Assembly (NCBI GenBank): GCA_963717145.1
Contig: OY970325.1
Location: 480,001 to 544,000 of the forward strand
Direction: 5' to 3'
DNA from: an uncultured Armatimonadetes bacterium
GTDB lineage: Bacteria; Armatimonadota; UBA5829; DTJY01
DNA length: 64,000 nt
Numbering within the stretch: position 1 is the first letter of the stretch; every line of letters begins with the position of its first letter. Both the position numbers and the translations under genes were made by a program. Shown here one piece after another: positions 27,468 through 36,373 of the stretch. The notes under the pieces were generated by a model, which saw nothing but the letters and a program-made list of their open reading frames with translations, had not been told where the DNA came from and did no database searches.

Positions 27468-28966
27468 TCCGTGTTCGCCTTGTGTGTGCGATTCGACAAG
27501 AGCTTCTCCCACTTGAGCAGACGAGCGATGGAGGTGAAGCTGTCTCGACCCCGGCCGATGTAGACCGCCCTGCACGCATCATACACCGCCGGATCGATCT
27601 CCGCGAGGGGCAGCCATCCGGTGATCCCTGTGCTGTCGTACTTGACTGACCCGCCCGAGCCATCGACCCGTGTGTTGAAGGTGGTCTCTCCCGGGCGATA
27701 GATGTTCTTGAGGAATGTATTGTCAAACCGCCGGAGGTCCGTCTTGTCGAACGCCACCCCCGCGCGCCCCGCGTTGAGCGCGAGTTGGATGTTGAGCGTC
27801 GCGTGCGAGTTGTCCTCGATCACCGGCTTCGGAGCCATCACGGGGTAGTTGTCCGAGAGATCATCCTCGCGCGAGTACCCGGTGTTGAGCGGCTCATACC
27901 AGTAGTACCAGACGTACCGGTCGCCGTCGACCAGCTTCAGCCGGTTCTTGAAGAGGTTCGCCATCCGGGTTGACTGATCGAGGTAGAAGCTTTTGCCCGT
28001 GAGCCGATAGAGCGCCAACTCCGAGCTGACGTGCATGCCGAGGTAGTTGAACGGCTCGGGGAGGTTGTCGTATGGGAACGGGCCGCCGCGCTCGCACGTG
28101 ATGTAGTAGCCCTCATCCTTGCCCGGTCCATTGCGGAAGTGACTCTTTGCTTCCTCGTACGATTCATCCGCCGCCTTGGTGAATCGATCGGCTGCCGGCA
28201 GGAACTCCTTCAGTGAGTCGTCGGCCTTCACGATCTCGGCGAACCGGAGCAGCGGATAGTAGATGATGCCGAGATACCCGACATACGCGAGCTTGAGGGA
28301 CCGGAGCGTGACCTGCTGAGTCCTCGGCAGGCCCGAACCCCTAACCAGCGGAATCGCCTTGATGAGTTGGGAAATCTCCGTGCACTCGCCGGCGGGCGCT
28401 CCCGGTGTCGGCGATGGATTGTTGATGATCGTCTCGAAGTAGCGCGGGCTCTTCGGATCGGTGCTGAGGTTGGTGAACGTCTCGGTGCGCTTCCAGTACT
28501 CGTTGGTGACTCTCAGTGCGAACACGCGACCCGTGACTGTGACCTGCACCCTGGTCTGATCGTTGTAGGCGTAGGGAGTCGAGCGCAGGCGGATGATATC
28601 GCGGCCGGACGCGTCCCGCAGAGTCCCCTCCGCGACTGTGTACTTCACGCCCATGCTCCAGGCCTTGTGGACCTTGCCCGTCCAGTCCTTCACTCTCCGC
28701 CGATCGTCACGGTGCCCGAGCATCTGATCGCCGCGCTGAACGAGCACTCGCAGGTACTTCGAATCGCCTGTCGCCTCGTACATATCGACGATGCCGTTGA
28801 GCGCGCCGGCCTCGCCCCACGCGAGCTGGCTCGCGTCCTTGTTCACGAGCCAGGGATCCTTCTGGAGTTGGGCCATCAGCTCGTCGGCCTTCTCGCGGGT
28901 GATGGTGACGGCAAGACACGGCGTCATCATCACCATCAGGCACAAAGTGATCAACCCTTCCTTCAT
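27464..28966 (-). CDS. Secreted hypothetical protein (alpha/alpha-barrel-like)
   Basis: Signal peptide MKEGLITLCL; MYEATGDSKYL and LYRLTGKSFYL helical repeats; 4-bp overlap with downstream gene. Confidence 0.7.
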   Translation of the reverse strand: MKEGLITLCLMVMMTPCLAVTITREKADELMAQLQKDPWLVNKDASQLAWGEAGALNGIVDMYEATGDSKYLRVLVQRGDQMLGHRDDRRRVKDWTGKVHKAWSMGVKYTVAEGTLRDASGRDIIRLRSTPYAYNDQTRVQVTVTGRVFALRVTNEYWKRTETFTNLSTDPKSPRYFETIINNPSPTPGAPAGECTEISQLIKAIPLVRGSGLPRTQQVTLRSLKLAYVGYLGIIYYPLLRFAEIVKADDSLKEFLPAADRFTKAADESYEEAKSHFRNGPGKDEGYYITCERGGPFPYDNLPEPFNYLGMHVSSELALYRLTGKSFYLDQSTRMANLFKNRLKLVDGDRYVWYYWYEPLNTGYSREDDLSDNYPVMAPKPVIEDNSHATLNIQLALNAGRAGVAFDKTDLRRFDNTFLKNIYRPGETTFNTRVDGSGGSVKYDSTGITGWLPLAEIDPAVYDACRAVYIGRGRDSFTSIARLLKWEKLLSNRTHKANTE

Positions 28967-28972
28967 TCCGCG

Positions 28973-29003
28973 CCCCAACACCCAACACCCAACACCTGAC
29001 ACC
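28973..29003. repeat. CCCAACA heptamer tract in a short intergenic gap
   Basis: cccaaca x3 followed by cctgaca. Confidence 0.7.
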
Positions 29004-29007
29004 TCTG

Positions 29008-30648
29008 CTACCTCCCGCCTCTGAGCACCGGCTCGAGTTCCGGGCTGATGTAGTGGCAGCAGAAGTAGACCTGCCCGTTCGAACCTCGTTTCGCGCACAT
29101 GTCCACTTGGCGCTTAACGTAGTCTGCCTGCCTGGGAACCGGCCCCTTATCCGATCCGGCGTAGATCGAAAGCCCTGGGATGACGTTGCTCTTCCAATCC
29201 GGGATCTTCGCCCATTCATCGAACGCGACCGAGAGCGCCGGGTCATCCACATATGCCATCGGGACCACGTAGTCGACGATCCCCTCGCGGACCCACCGAG
29301 TCCAGTCCTGAAGAACGCTGTCCCCCTGTGCTTTGGTGTAGAAGACCGCCGCGGTCACCAGTACCGTGGGACGGACCTTCTTTGCGGACTTGTACACGTC
29401 GCGCACCAGATCCGTTATCTTGTCCACCGGCCACTGAGTCCACGCCTGATCCTGTTTCTCCATCTCCGCCAACGCCTCGGCACTGGCAGACATCGGCATG
29501 GCGGGGTCATCGACGACCGGGATGATCGTCACCCCCGCGGAGAAGAATCCATGCGGGCGGTCGACTCCGAGAACCGCCAGCAGGTCGGGCTTCCCCTCCG
29601 CCAAGCCGTCGATCCACACCACGTTCATGCCGGCTTCGACCAACTTCCGCAGCCTGGACGCCTCATCGGCGGTCCACAGGTATACGCAGGGCACGACGAG
29701 GATGTCGCCGGCCTCACATTGATCGAGCTTCGACTCCACAGCCTTGACGCCGATGCGTGCGAGCCATCCCCGAGCGTATTCTCGCAGGTCAACGCCATAC
29801 TGCTTCTCGTTCACCTCCGACACGAGCAGCCTGACCGTCCTCGTCTCCGATCCGTATGCCCTGAGCCTCGACAGGAGGAAGGAGTCCAGCACCGGCCCAT
29901 TGCTCTGCTCCGCATGCCAGTTGAAGAGGAGCGCTCGCCCCGTGCCGAGCCGGTTCTCCACGATCGCCGGCAGCCCGGTCCCGAACTTCGCGAGCATCTT
30001 GCCTGTTGTGACGCCGTGGACCGCGTTCGCGGCAAGGTCGAGTCTGATCGGAAACTCCGTGGAGTCCGTCTGGCTGATCAACGCCTTGCCGGTTTGGTTC
30101 CGGAAGGCCTCCGCCGATGACTTCCCGTAGCCGAGCGATCCATAGGGATAGCGGATGTAGTCGAAGTGGATGCCGTCGAGCTTGGGGTAGTTCTTCACTG
30201 CGGAGACCATGAGGTCGCGTTGGAAGCGGAGGACCTGGGGATTCGTGAAGTCGAACCAGTCCACTTTCTTCCCCTGCGCGTCGGTTGCCATCCAGTCCGG
30301 ATGTTTGGTCGCGAAGTAGCCCGAGTCATCGCCGCCCGGCTCGCCGTTGACGTACCAGGCATGGACCTTCATACCGCGCTTGTGACCGGCCGTGATGCTG
30401 TATCCCAGCGGGTCGAAGCCCTTCTTGACATCGGGGGACATCGGGCAGAATTCGGTGCGAAACCACGCCTGCTGCCGGTAGAAGATGAGGACGTACAGGT
30501 TGTCTATCCCCGACCGCTGCGCCTGGTCGAGAGTCTTGTCCGCGGTGGCCTTGTCGATCACATTCTCGGGATGCACCCACAGGCCGTTGATTGCGAAACA
30601 GGGGACTGACGCAAGGGTGAGGAGAAAGCATGCCAACACGATCTTCAT
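29008..30648 (-). CDS. Glycosyl hydrolase-like family 10 (GHL10/DUF187) protein
   Basis: FDPL...GHKRGMKVHAW, LDGIHFDYIRYP, QDW..W...G.VDYVVPMAY. Confidence 0.85.
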   Translation of the reverse strand: MKIVLACFLLTLASVPCFAINGLWVHPENVIDKATADKTLDQAQRSGIDNLYVLIFYRQQAWFRTEFCPMSPDVKKGFDPLGYSITAGHKRGMKVHAWYVNGEPGGDDSGYFATKHPDWMATDAQGKKVDWFDFTNPQVLRFQRDLMVSAVKNYPKLDGIHFDYIRYPYGSLGYGKSSAEAFRNQTGKALISQTDSTEFPIRLDLAANAVHGVTTGKMLAKFGTGLPAIVENRLGTGRALLFNWHAEQSNGPVLDSFLLSRLRAYGSETRTVRLLVSEVNEKQYGVDLREYARGWLARIGVKAVESKLDQCEAGDILVVPCVYLWTADEASRLRKLVEAGMNVVWIDGLAEGKPDLLAVLGVDRPHGFFSAGVTIIPVVDDPAMPMSASAEALAEMEKQDQAWTQWPVDKITDLVRDVYKSAKKVRPTVLVTAAVFYTKAQGDSVLQDWTRWVREGIVDYVVPMAYVDDPALSVAFDEWAKIPDWKSNVIPGLSIYAGSDKGPVPRQADYVKRQVDMCAKRGSNGQVYFCCHYISPELEPVLRGGR

Positions 30649-30812
30649 GGTCCGCTCCTTCAGAAGGTTCATGCCTCAACCTTCCGCGTGACGGCCCGAC
30701 TATCCTTCCGCATGTGCAGGAACTCCCGGCCCTGTGGGGAACAGATCAGTGGGGCACGGGATGATTCGGATGGTGGCGACGTGTGCCTGCTCCGGTCGCA
30801 GAAGGAGATCTG

Positions 30813-31289
30813 ATGCAACTGCGGTTGATGTCGAGGATCATCGCCTACGGAATGCTGGCCTATCTCCTGGGCCTGCCGGGGGTATGGATACTGTCGATGA
30901 TCCTGGTCAACGTCCTGCCGATACCTTCACCCCACTTCATCCTGACTCTCGTGATACCTTACGTCATCCTGCGATTCGGGCTGTTCGGGGTGGTCGGCCT
31001 CAAGGTCGGGGAGAGGGCCGCCGAGCGGAAGATAGCCAACGCGCTGCTGGCGGGTGTCCTGTTGACCGTCGGGGTGATGACTCTGGATACTCTGGCAGTG
31101 AACCTCCTCCCGAAGGGTCAACCCAGGCCGGGCATGCCGCGCGGACCGCAGATGAGCATGCTCGCGGAGTGGGCGCTCTACCTGGGGATGATCGGGCTGC
31201 AGATCGCCCTCGCTGCGGCCGGAGGATGGATCGCCGCCAGACGGACTTCCGATCAAGTTGGTGCGGATCTGCGATCCGGCGTCGCCTAA
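30813..31289 (+). CDS. Four-TM membrane protein
   Basis: Four hydrophobic segments; AAGGAG RBS. Confidence 0.7.
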   Translation: MQLRLMSRIIAYGMLAYLLGLPGVWILSMILVNVLPIPSPHFILTLVIPYVILRFGLFGVVGLKVGERAAERKIANALLAGVLLTVGVMTLDTLAVNLLPKGQPRPGMPRGPQMSMLAEWALYLGMIGLQIALAAAGGWIAARRTSDQVGADLRSGVA

Positions 31290-31308
31290 GGAACTATCGG
31301 CACCGGAG

Positions 31309-32793
31309 CTATCCCGGCCAGATTGCATCCATCTCCCACGCGTCCAGGGAGAGGAGAACCGACTCTCCCCCTTCCGAGAACACTTGGATCCCGCGGCTGT
31401 CCGGTCTCGTCGGGTAGACGCGCTTCGTGACGCACTGTCGCCCGTTCGCGAAGACCTCGACCACGCTCCGGTCGATGAAGATCCGCAGATCGATTTCCTC
31501 TCCCGGCCGGATCACCAGCGGGGCCACCTGCGGATCGGTTGCCGTGACCTGTGGGCTGAGGCTCGCGCGCGACGGGTCGAGGGCGAGGGTGCCGGCCCTG
31601 AGATCCACTGTAATGACCGTCTCCTCCTCGCCGCCGGTGGACCTGAGGACTTTCAGCCCGATCCGCTCCGCAGTTCCGACGCCGATCCTTGCGCGGACCT
31701 CGAGTACGTTCCCACCGATGCGATCGAGGGTGACCGCCTGTCCGCTTCCCACGACGACGTCGGAGACGCTCTGATGGCTGCCTCTCAGCGCCTGCAGTTC
31801 CGGAACGGGTTCGATCGTCAGCATGCCGTCGGAGTCCAGGGAGATGTCTCTGGGAAGGGAGAGGATACCCGACCAGCCGGCCTCCTTCATAGCATCGAAG
31901 TTCCGACCCTCCGTGACCCACGCGATCGCTACCCGCCGTCCGCCCGCGAGCTTCCAGGCGATCGGGGCCGAGAGGTCGCCGCAGATTCCCAGACGCGCGA
32001 GCCCGGGCTTCGTGAAGTTCATCCGCCCGTGGAACTCCGGGGTGAATCGTCCTTCCGAGTAAGAACCGAGATAGTACTGCGCGCCCTGGTTATGGCTGAG
32101 GAAGAGGAGCATGTGTCTGTCGCCGATCGGGAAGAAGTCGGGACATGCGCAGTCCTCCCCCGGGTCCGTGAAGACGCCGCCCTCGTAGAGCGCGCCGGCG
32201 TACCCCCAGTGATCGAGGTCGCTCGACCTGTACAGATAGGCGATGTCCTTGCCCCCGAACTCCTGGTCTCGTCCGTCGCCGTACTGAGCGCCGGTGATGC
32301 GCCCGGAGGCGGAGTAGTATGTCTCGCCCTCCTTCCAGATGCATGGATCGTAAGTCATCACCGGGTCGAACGGCACGATAGGGTTCGATGGGAGCTTCAC
32401 CCAGTCGGTGAGCAACTCATCGCAGGCGGTGGCGATGGCATTTCCGCCCTGGTGTGCATGGTAGCAGGCCACAACCCTGTCCTCTTCGACGAGCGCCGTC
32501 CCGCTCCAGCAGCCCTTCTCGTCATACGTGCCGGGGGTCGGTGTGAGGGCGATCGGGAGGTCCCGCCAGTGGACCAGATCATCGCTCACGGCATGCGCCC
32601 AGTGGGCGAGTCCCACTCCCGTTCGGAGCAGGTCCGGCGCGTATTGGTAGAATAGATGCCATCTGCCCCTCCAGTAGACCGTCCCATTGGGATCATTCAT
32701 CCATCCGTATGGAGCGATGAAGTGATACGCCGGGCGATAGGGGTCCGATGCCAGTTCCTCTCGGCGCCGTGCGGAATCGGTATCGTATGCCAT
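31309..32793 (-). CDS. Glycoside hydrolase family 32 protein (atypical catalytic motifs)
   Basis: WMNDPNG, WAHAVSDDLVHW, CWSGT, IDRSVVEVF; YDP and CACPD in place of RDP and WECPD. Confidence 0.85.
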   Translation of the reverse strand: MAYDTDSARRREELASDPYRPAYHFIAPYGWMNDPNGTVYWRGRWHLFYQYAPDLLRTGVGLAHWAHAVSDDLVHWRDLPIALTPTPGTYDEKGCWSGTALVEEDRVVACYHAHQGGNAIATACDELLTDWVKLPSNPIVPFDPVMTYDPCIWKEGETYYSASGRITGAQYGDGRDQEFGGKDIAYLYRSSDLDHWGYAGALYEGGVFTDPGEDCACPDFFPIGDRHMLLFLSHNQGAQYYLGSYSEGRFTPEFHGRMNFTKPGLARLGICGDLSAPIAWKLAGGRRVAIAWVTEGRNFDAMKEAGWSGILSLPRDISLDSDGMLTIEPVPELQALRGSHQSVSDVVVGSGQAVTLDRIGGNVLEVRARIGVGTAERIGLKVLRSTGGEEETVITVDLRAGTLALDPSRASLSPQVTATDPQVAPLVIRPGEEIDLRIFIDRSVVEVFANGRQCVTKRVYPTRPDSRGIQVFSEGGESVLLSLDAWEMDAIWPG

Positions 32794-32869
32794 ATCTGCC
32801 TCCTTCAAGAATGGGGTAAGGCCGGCTTCAGTTGGCAGACCGATCCCCTTTGCCAATGCGGGCGGGACT

Positions 32870-33718
32870 TCACACGTTCAGGAATTTCTGCAATACCAGG
32901 CAGTAATTGAAGCGCTCCTGGTCAAACCCCACGAGGCCGTACCCATCGAGGAACCGCTGCCATTCCGCCTCGTCCCGCATGTACCAGTGGATGACGCTGA
33001 GATCGTAGTACGGATCGCCGATGTCGACGAACTGCCAGTCGATCACCCCGGCTATTCGTCCGTTCTCCCACAGCATGTTCTTGGGCCGGTAATCGCCGTG
33101 CAGCAGGCAGGTAGTCCCGCCTCGTGCGGGTCGGTCTGCCAGCAGCCAGTCCATGGCAACGCTCGGAGGTTCTTCCGGCGTGAACTCGTCCGGGTCGAAG
33201 ACATTAGCCGCCATGTTGCGAGCGGCGATATCCAGGCTCGCCTTGATCCACTCGTCCCAGGTCCAGTTGTCAGCGATGCTGGTCGAATGTATCGAGGCCA
33301 GCAGCCTCCCCATCTGATCGACGGCATCCATTCTGATCCGTTCGTTCGATTCCATCAGAATACTCAGCGGCTCTCCGGGAGCGTAAGCTCGGAGATGATA
33401 GCTCAGGTCATCGGACTCCACATACGCCACTGACTCAGGGATGGGGACCGGGCTGTCGTGCAGAAGTTGCAGTGCGGTATGCTCCGCCCGGAGTTCCTGT
33501 GACCGATAGCCGCCCCTTGCGATCTTCAGGACGAACGTGCCGTGCTCGGCTTCCAAGAGAAGAACCAGGCATGGGCCATCGGCTTTCATCGGCTCAGAGG
33601 ACTGTATGCGCCCGGTCAGGCTTCCCAGTTCCGGGGGCAGGGAGAGCGGATCGAACGATGGCGAGCGCTGGTTCTCTCTCATAGGCGGTTCGGTCAGATA
33701 TCGGGCACGGCGTATCAT
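32870..33718 (-). CDS. Aminoglycoside/choline phosphotransferase (APH) family kinase
   Basis: FVLK, LLHGDYRPKN, GVIDW, GDPYYDL; ATGA overlap with upstream gene. Confidence 0.85.
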   Translation of the reverse strand: MIRRARYLTEPPMRENQRSPSFDPLSLPPELGSLTGRIQSSEPMKADGPCLVLLLEAEHGTFVLKIARGGYRSQELRAEHTALQLLHDSPVPIPESVAYVESDDLSYHLRAYAPGEPLSILMESNERIRMDAVDQMGRLLASIHSTSIADNWTWDEWIKASLDIAARNMAANVFDPDEFTPEEPPSVAMDWLLADRPARGGTTCLLHGDYRPKNMLWENGRIAGVIDWQFVDIGDPYYDLSVIHWYMRDEAEWQRFLDGYGLVGFDQERFNYCLVLQKFLNV

Positions 33719-34326
33719 CGGGGTCTGCCACCCCCGCCATCCACGTGCGACGCCACAGTCTGCGCTATGACATCCATCGCCAGGCACAGCTTCTCCTTCT
33801 TGAGCCCTCCGTGCTGTTCGAACGGCGGTACATGGATGAAGCCGCCTACGATATCCGGACGGCAGCGTGCGATGTAGTCCATCAGCCAGTAGAACATGAA
33901 GCCGCAGATATGCGGTCCGGCCCAGTGGGACTCACCGCATGAGATGCTGTGCTCACGCAGGCGCTCACAGATAGCCTCGTGAGGGAGTCCCGTCCAGTAG
34001 GCAGGTGGCCCGCTCTTGCGCACGAACTCAGAGCTGTGAGGCTTATCATCCACGACAGACAGACCTGGGATGATCAGATTGGTGGCAATGCGCTCGGTCA
34101 GGACCTGGTCTCCGCCTGTCATGCCGAAGCAGATGACGGCCTTCACGTCCGGCTCGATTCGGGGTCTGAGCAGCCTTGGCGCCTGTGCCCATGAGACCGT
34201 CAGTTGCCTGATGTCATGACGCCAGCCAGCCGGGAGATGGAACTCCGTGCTGTTGAGGCCCTCCCATGACGAGTTGTACCTCTCTTGACCCCATGTGCCG
34301 AACCCGGTCATCAGTATGGTCTTCAT
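33715..34326 (-). CDS. pcp: Pyroglutamyl-peptidase I (C15)
   Basis: ILMTGF, NSSW, ERIATN, AGPHIC, GFIHVP (Glu-Cys-His triad). Confidence 0.8.
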   Translation of the reverse strand: MKTILMTGFGTWGQERYNSSWEGLNSTEFHLPAGWRHDIRQLTVSWAQAPRLLRPRIEPDVKAVICFGMTGGDQVLTERIATNLIIPGLSVVDDKPHSSEFVRKSGPPAYWTGLPHEAICERLREHSISCGESHWAGPHICGFMFYWLMDYIARCRPDIVGGFIHVPPFEQHGGLKKEKLCLAMDVIAQTVASHVDGGGGRPR

Positions 34327-34328
34327 CT

Positions 34329-35774
34329 TCACCTCGGCCATGCCGACTTCAGCTTGTAGACCTTCATCGAGACCACCCTCGCCGAACCGCCTTGCGCCTG
34401 GATCGACAGCTCGGCCTCATCGACTGAGGGCAGGAAGCACGAGGTCATCACGACCATCCCATCGTTACCGAAGACCTCGACGCTGGTGCGGTCGACGAGT
34501 ATCCGCAGCTTGATCCTGCCCTTGACCGGCGACAGGTTGGCGGTCCGTCCGAGGCATGAGAGCTTCCGGTCCTTCGCGGAGTAGCTGATCGTCTCGCCGA
34601 GCGCCTTGATCTCGATCCCGGTGGCGTCCTTCATCTCGATCTCCGCGCTGATGTCGAAGAGGTCGCCGCTGATCCCCGCGAGCAGGTTCTTCCCCGGCTC
34701 GAGCACCTTGTCCTCAAGGGTGTACTCCTTGTCGCGCAGGGTCTCGATCTCGCTGACCGGCAGCCGGCATATCCTCAGCCCCTCGGGGAACGACCGCAGC
34801 TTCAGTTCGGTCGGGAAGTTCATCTGTTGGTTGAACGGCATGGCGGGGTACTTCCCACCGTTCATCCAGGCGATCTGGATGCGCCGGCCGTCCGGGGCAT
34901 CGCTGTACGTCTGGACCGCATAGTAGTTCGCGCCGAAGTTGGCGGTGTGCGGCCCGCTCTCGGTCGTGTACTTCTTGCCATCGAACGTCCCGACGTAGTA
35001 GTCGCCGTTCGCCGCGGTGAGGATCCACTTCGTCTTGCCGTCCACCTTCAACGGGAAGAAGTCCGGGCATTCGCTGTGGCCGGGGAACTCGAAGTCCTGT
35101 ATCCTCGTCCACGATTTCGTGTCCTTCGACTCCAGGAGGGCGAAGGAGTTGCTGTCGATGTACAGGATCATGATCCACTTCCCGCCATACCGGATCACCT
35201 TGGGGTCGCGGTTCGATCCGGCGATGTGCGGGACGACGGGGTTGCCGGCGTACTTCGTCCATGTGTCGCCCGCGTCGGTGCTGTAGGCGATGCACTGGGT
35301 GAACGGGACGCCCTTCGACTCGTCCGACGACCCACCGGCGGCGGTATAGAACGCGATCATCGGCTTCTCCTTGCCGGTCTTGAACCCGGATGTGTTGTCG
35401 GCATCGACCACCGCGCTCCCGGAGAAGATCGTCCCCAGTCGGTCGGGGAGGATCGCGTTATCCACCTGTGTCCAGTGCACCAGATCGGTGCTCACCGCGT
35501 GTCCCCATGTCATGTTCCCCCAGTCGATGCCGGAGGGGTTGTGCTGGAAGAAGAGGTGGTATCGGCCCTTGTAGTAGACGAGGCCGTTTGGATCGTTCAG
35601 CCAGTTGGTCTTCGCGGTGAAATGGAACTGTGGCCGGTACTTCTCGGCATAGAGCTTGTCGGTCATGGGAATGGCAACCTTTCCGTCAGAGGTGCAGGGA
35701 ACGCCCGTCGTCGCGCGGCACACCGAGGGGAATACCAACCACGTCAGGCACATACAGACCAGCAATCGCCGCAT
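34329..35774 (-). CDS. Secreted GH32 levanase / beta-fructosidase
   Basis: WLNDPNG, FSGS, RDP, ECPD, YAVQT, DRTSVEVF; signal peptide. Confidence 0.9.
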   Translation of the reverse strand: MRRLLVCMCLTWLVFPSVCRATTGVPCTSDGKVAIPMTDKLYAEKYRPQFHFTAKTNWLNDPNGLVYYKGRYHLFFQHNPSGIDWGNMTWGHAVSTDLVHWTQVDNAILPDRLGTIFSGSAVVDADNTSGFKTGKEKPMIAFYTAAGGSSDESKGVPFTQCIAYSTDAGDTWTKYAGNPVVPHIAGSNRDPKVIRYGGKWIMILYIDSNSFALLESKDTKSWTRIQDFEFPGHSECPDFFPLKVDGKTKWILTAANGDYYVGTFDGKKYTTESGPHTANFGANYYAVQTYSDAPDGRRIQIAWMNGGKYPAMPFNQQMNFPTELKLRSFPEGLRICRLPVSEIETLRDKEYTLEDKVLEPGKNLLAGISGDLFDISAEIEMKDATGIEIKALGETISYSAKDRKLSCLGRTANLSPVKGRIKLRILVDRTSVEVFGNDGMVVMTSCFLPSVDEAELSIQAQGGSARVVSMKVYKLKSAWPR

Positions 35775-35787
35775 CAACCTTAGACTA

Positions 35788-35979
35788 TCAACCATTCCCC
35801 ATCCCTCCAAAGAGCTTCGCGAAGAAGTGCTCGGGCTGCGCCGCCGTAGCCGCAGGCTTTGGACTGCGCCCTGAGGGGTCATCCGCCCGGCAGCCGATCG
35901 AGCACAGGAAGACGAGCAGCGCGATCGCGGGGCAGACGAGCAGAGTGGCGCCAAACCGTCCGTTTCGGAAAAAGCCCAT
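35788..35979 (-). CDS. Short exported peptide or truncated lipoprotein gene
   Basis: GGAGG RBS, signal-like MGFFRNGRFGATLLVCPAIALLVFLCSIGC; ends in a heptamer-derived stop. Confidence 0.35.
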   Translation of the reverse strand: MGFFRNGRFGATLLVCPAIALLVFLCSIGCRADDPSGRSPKPAATAAQPEHFFAKLFGGMGNG

Positions 35980-36184
35980 AGCGTTAACCTCCCGGGATGG
36001 ATGTTCCGCCTCATTATAGCGCAGAGGTGCCGGAAAGGTAAACGAGGGGCTCACCAGTCGTTTCAGTGTATTACTCACTCCACCGTCTCGTACATTCCTT
36101 GGAGGGATAAGAACCTCCGCTGGTGAATACACATGCAGATAGAAGCAGTACCCAGATTCGAGTAGTCAATGCGAGGTCGTGGAA

Positions 36185-36373
36185 ATGCCCAGAAACCCAG
36201 CTTGGACTCGTGAGGAACTGATACTTGGCTTCGGCCTCCTATACCGCTCCAACCTCATCCTTGTACGAGGCAGGCCCTCAGAGATCATTCACCCTGATGC
36301 TGGTGGGCAGAGATCGGCATGTCAAGAAGTGGACCGCGTGTGGAAGGGGGTAAGCAGCATTGCGCAAGCATGA
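36185..36373 (+). pseudogene. N-terminal remnant of an McrA-like HNH restriction endonuclease
   Basis: MPRNPAWTREELIL...Y resembles the RNPxWTRDELILALDLY start of that family; similarity lost after about 21 aa. Confidence 0.5.

Noticed and set aside
32870-33718. Bona fide aminoglycoside resistance gene
   Set aside because: Only generic APH/choline-kinase fold motifs; substrate cannot be inferred.
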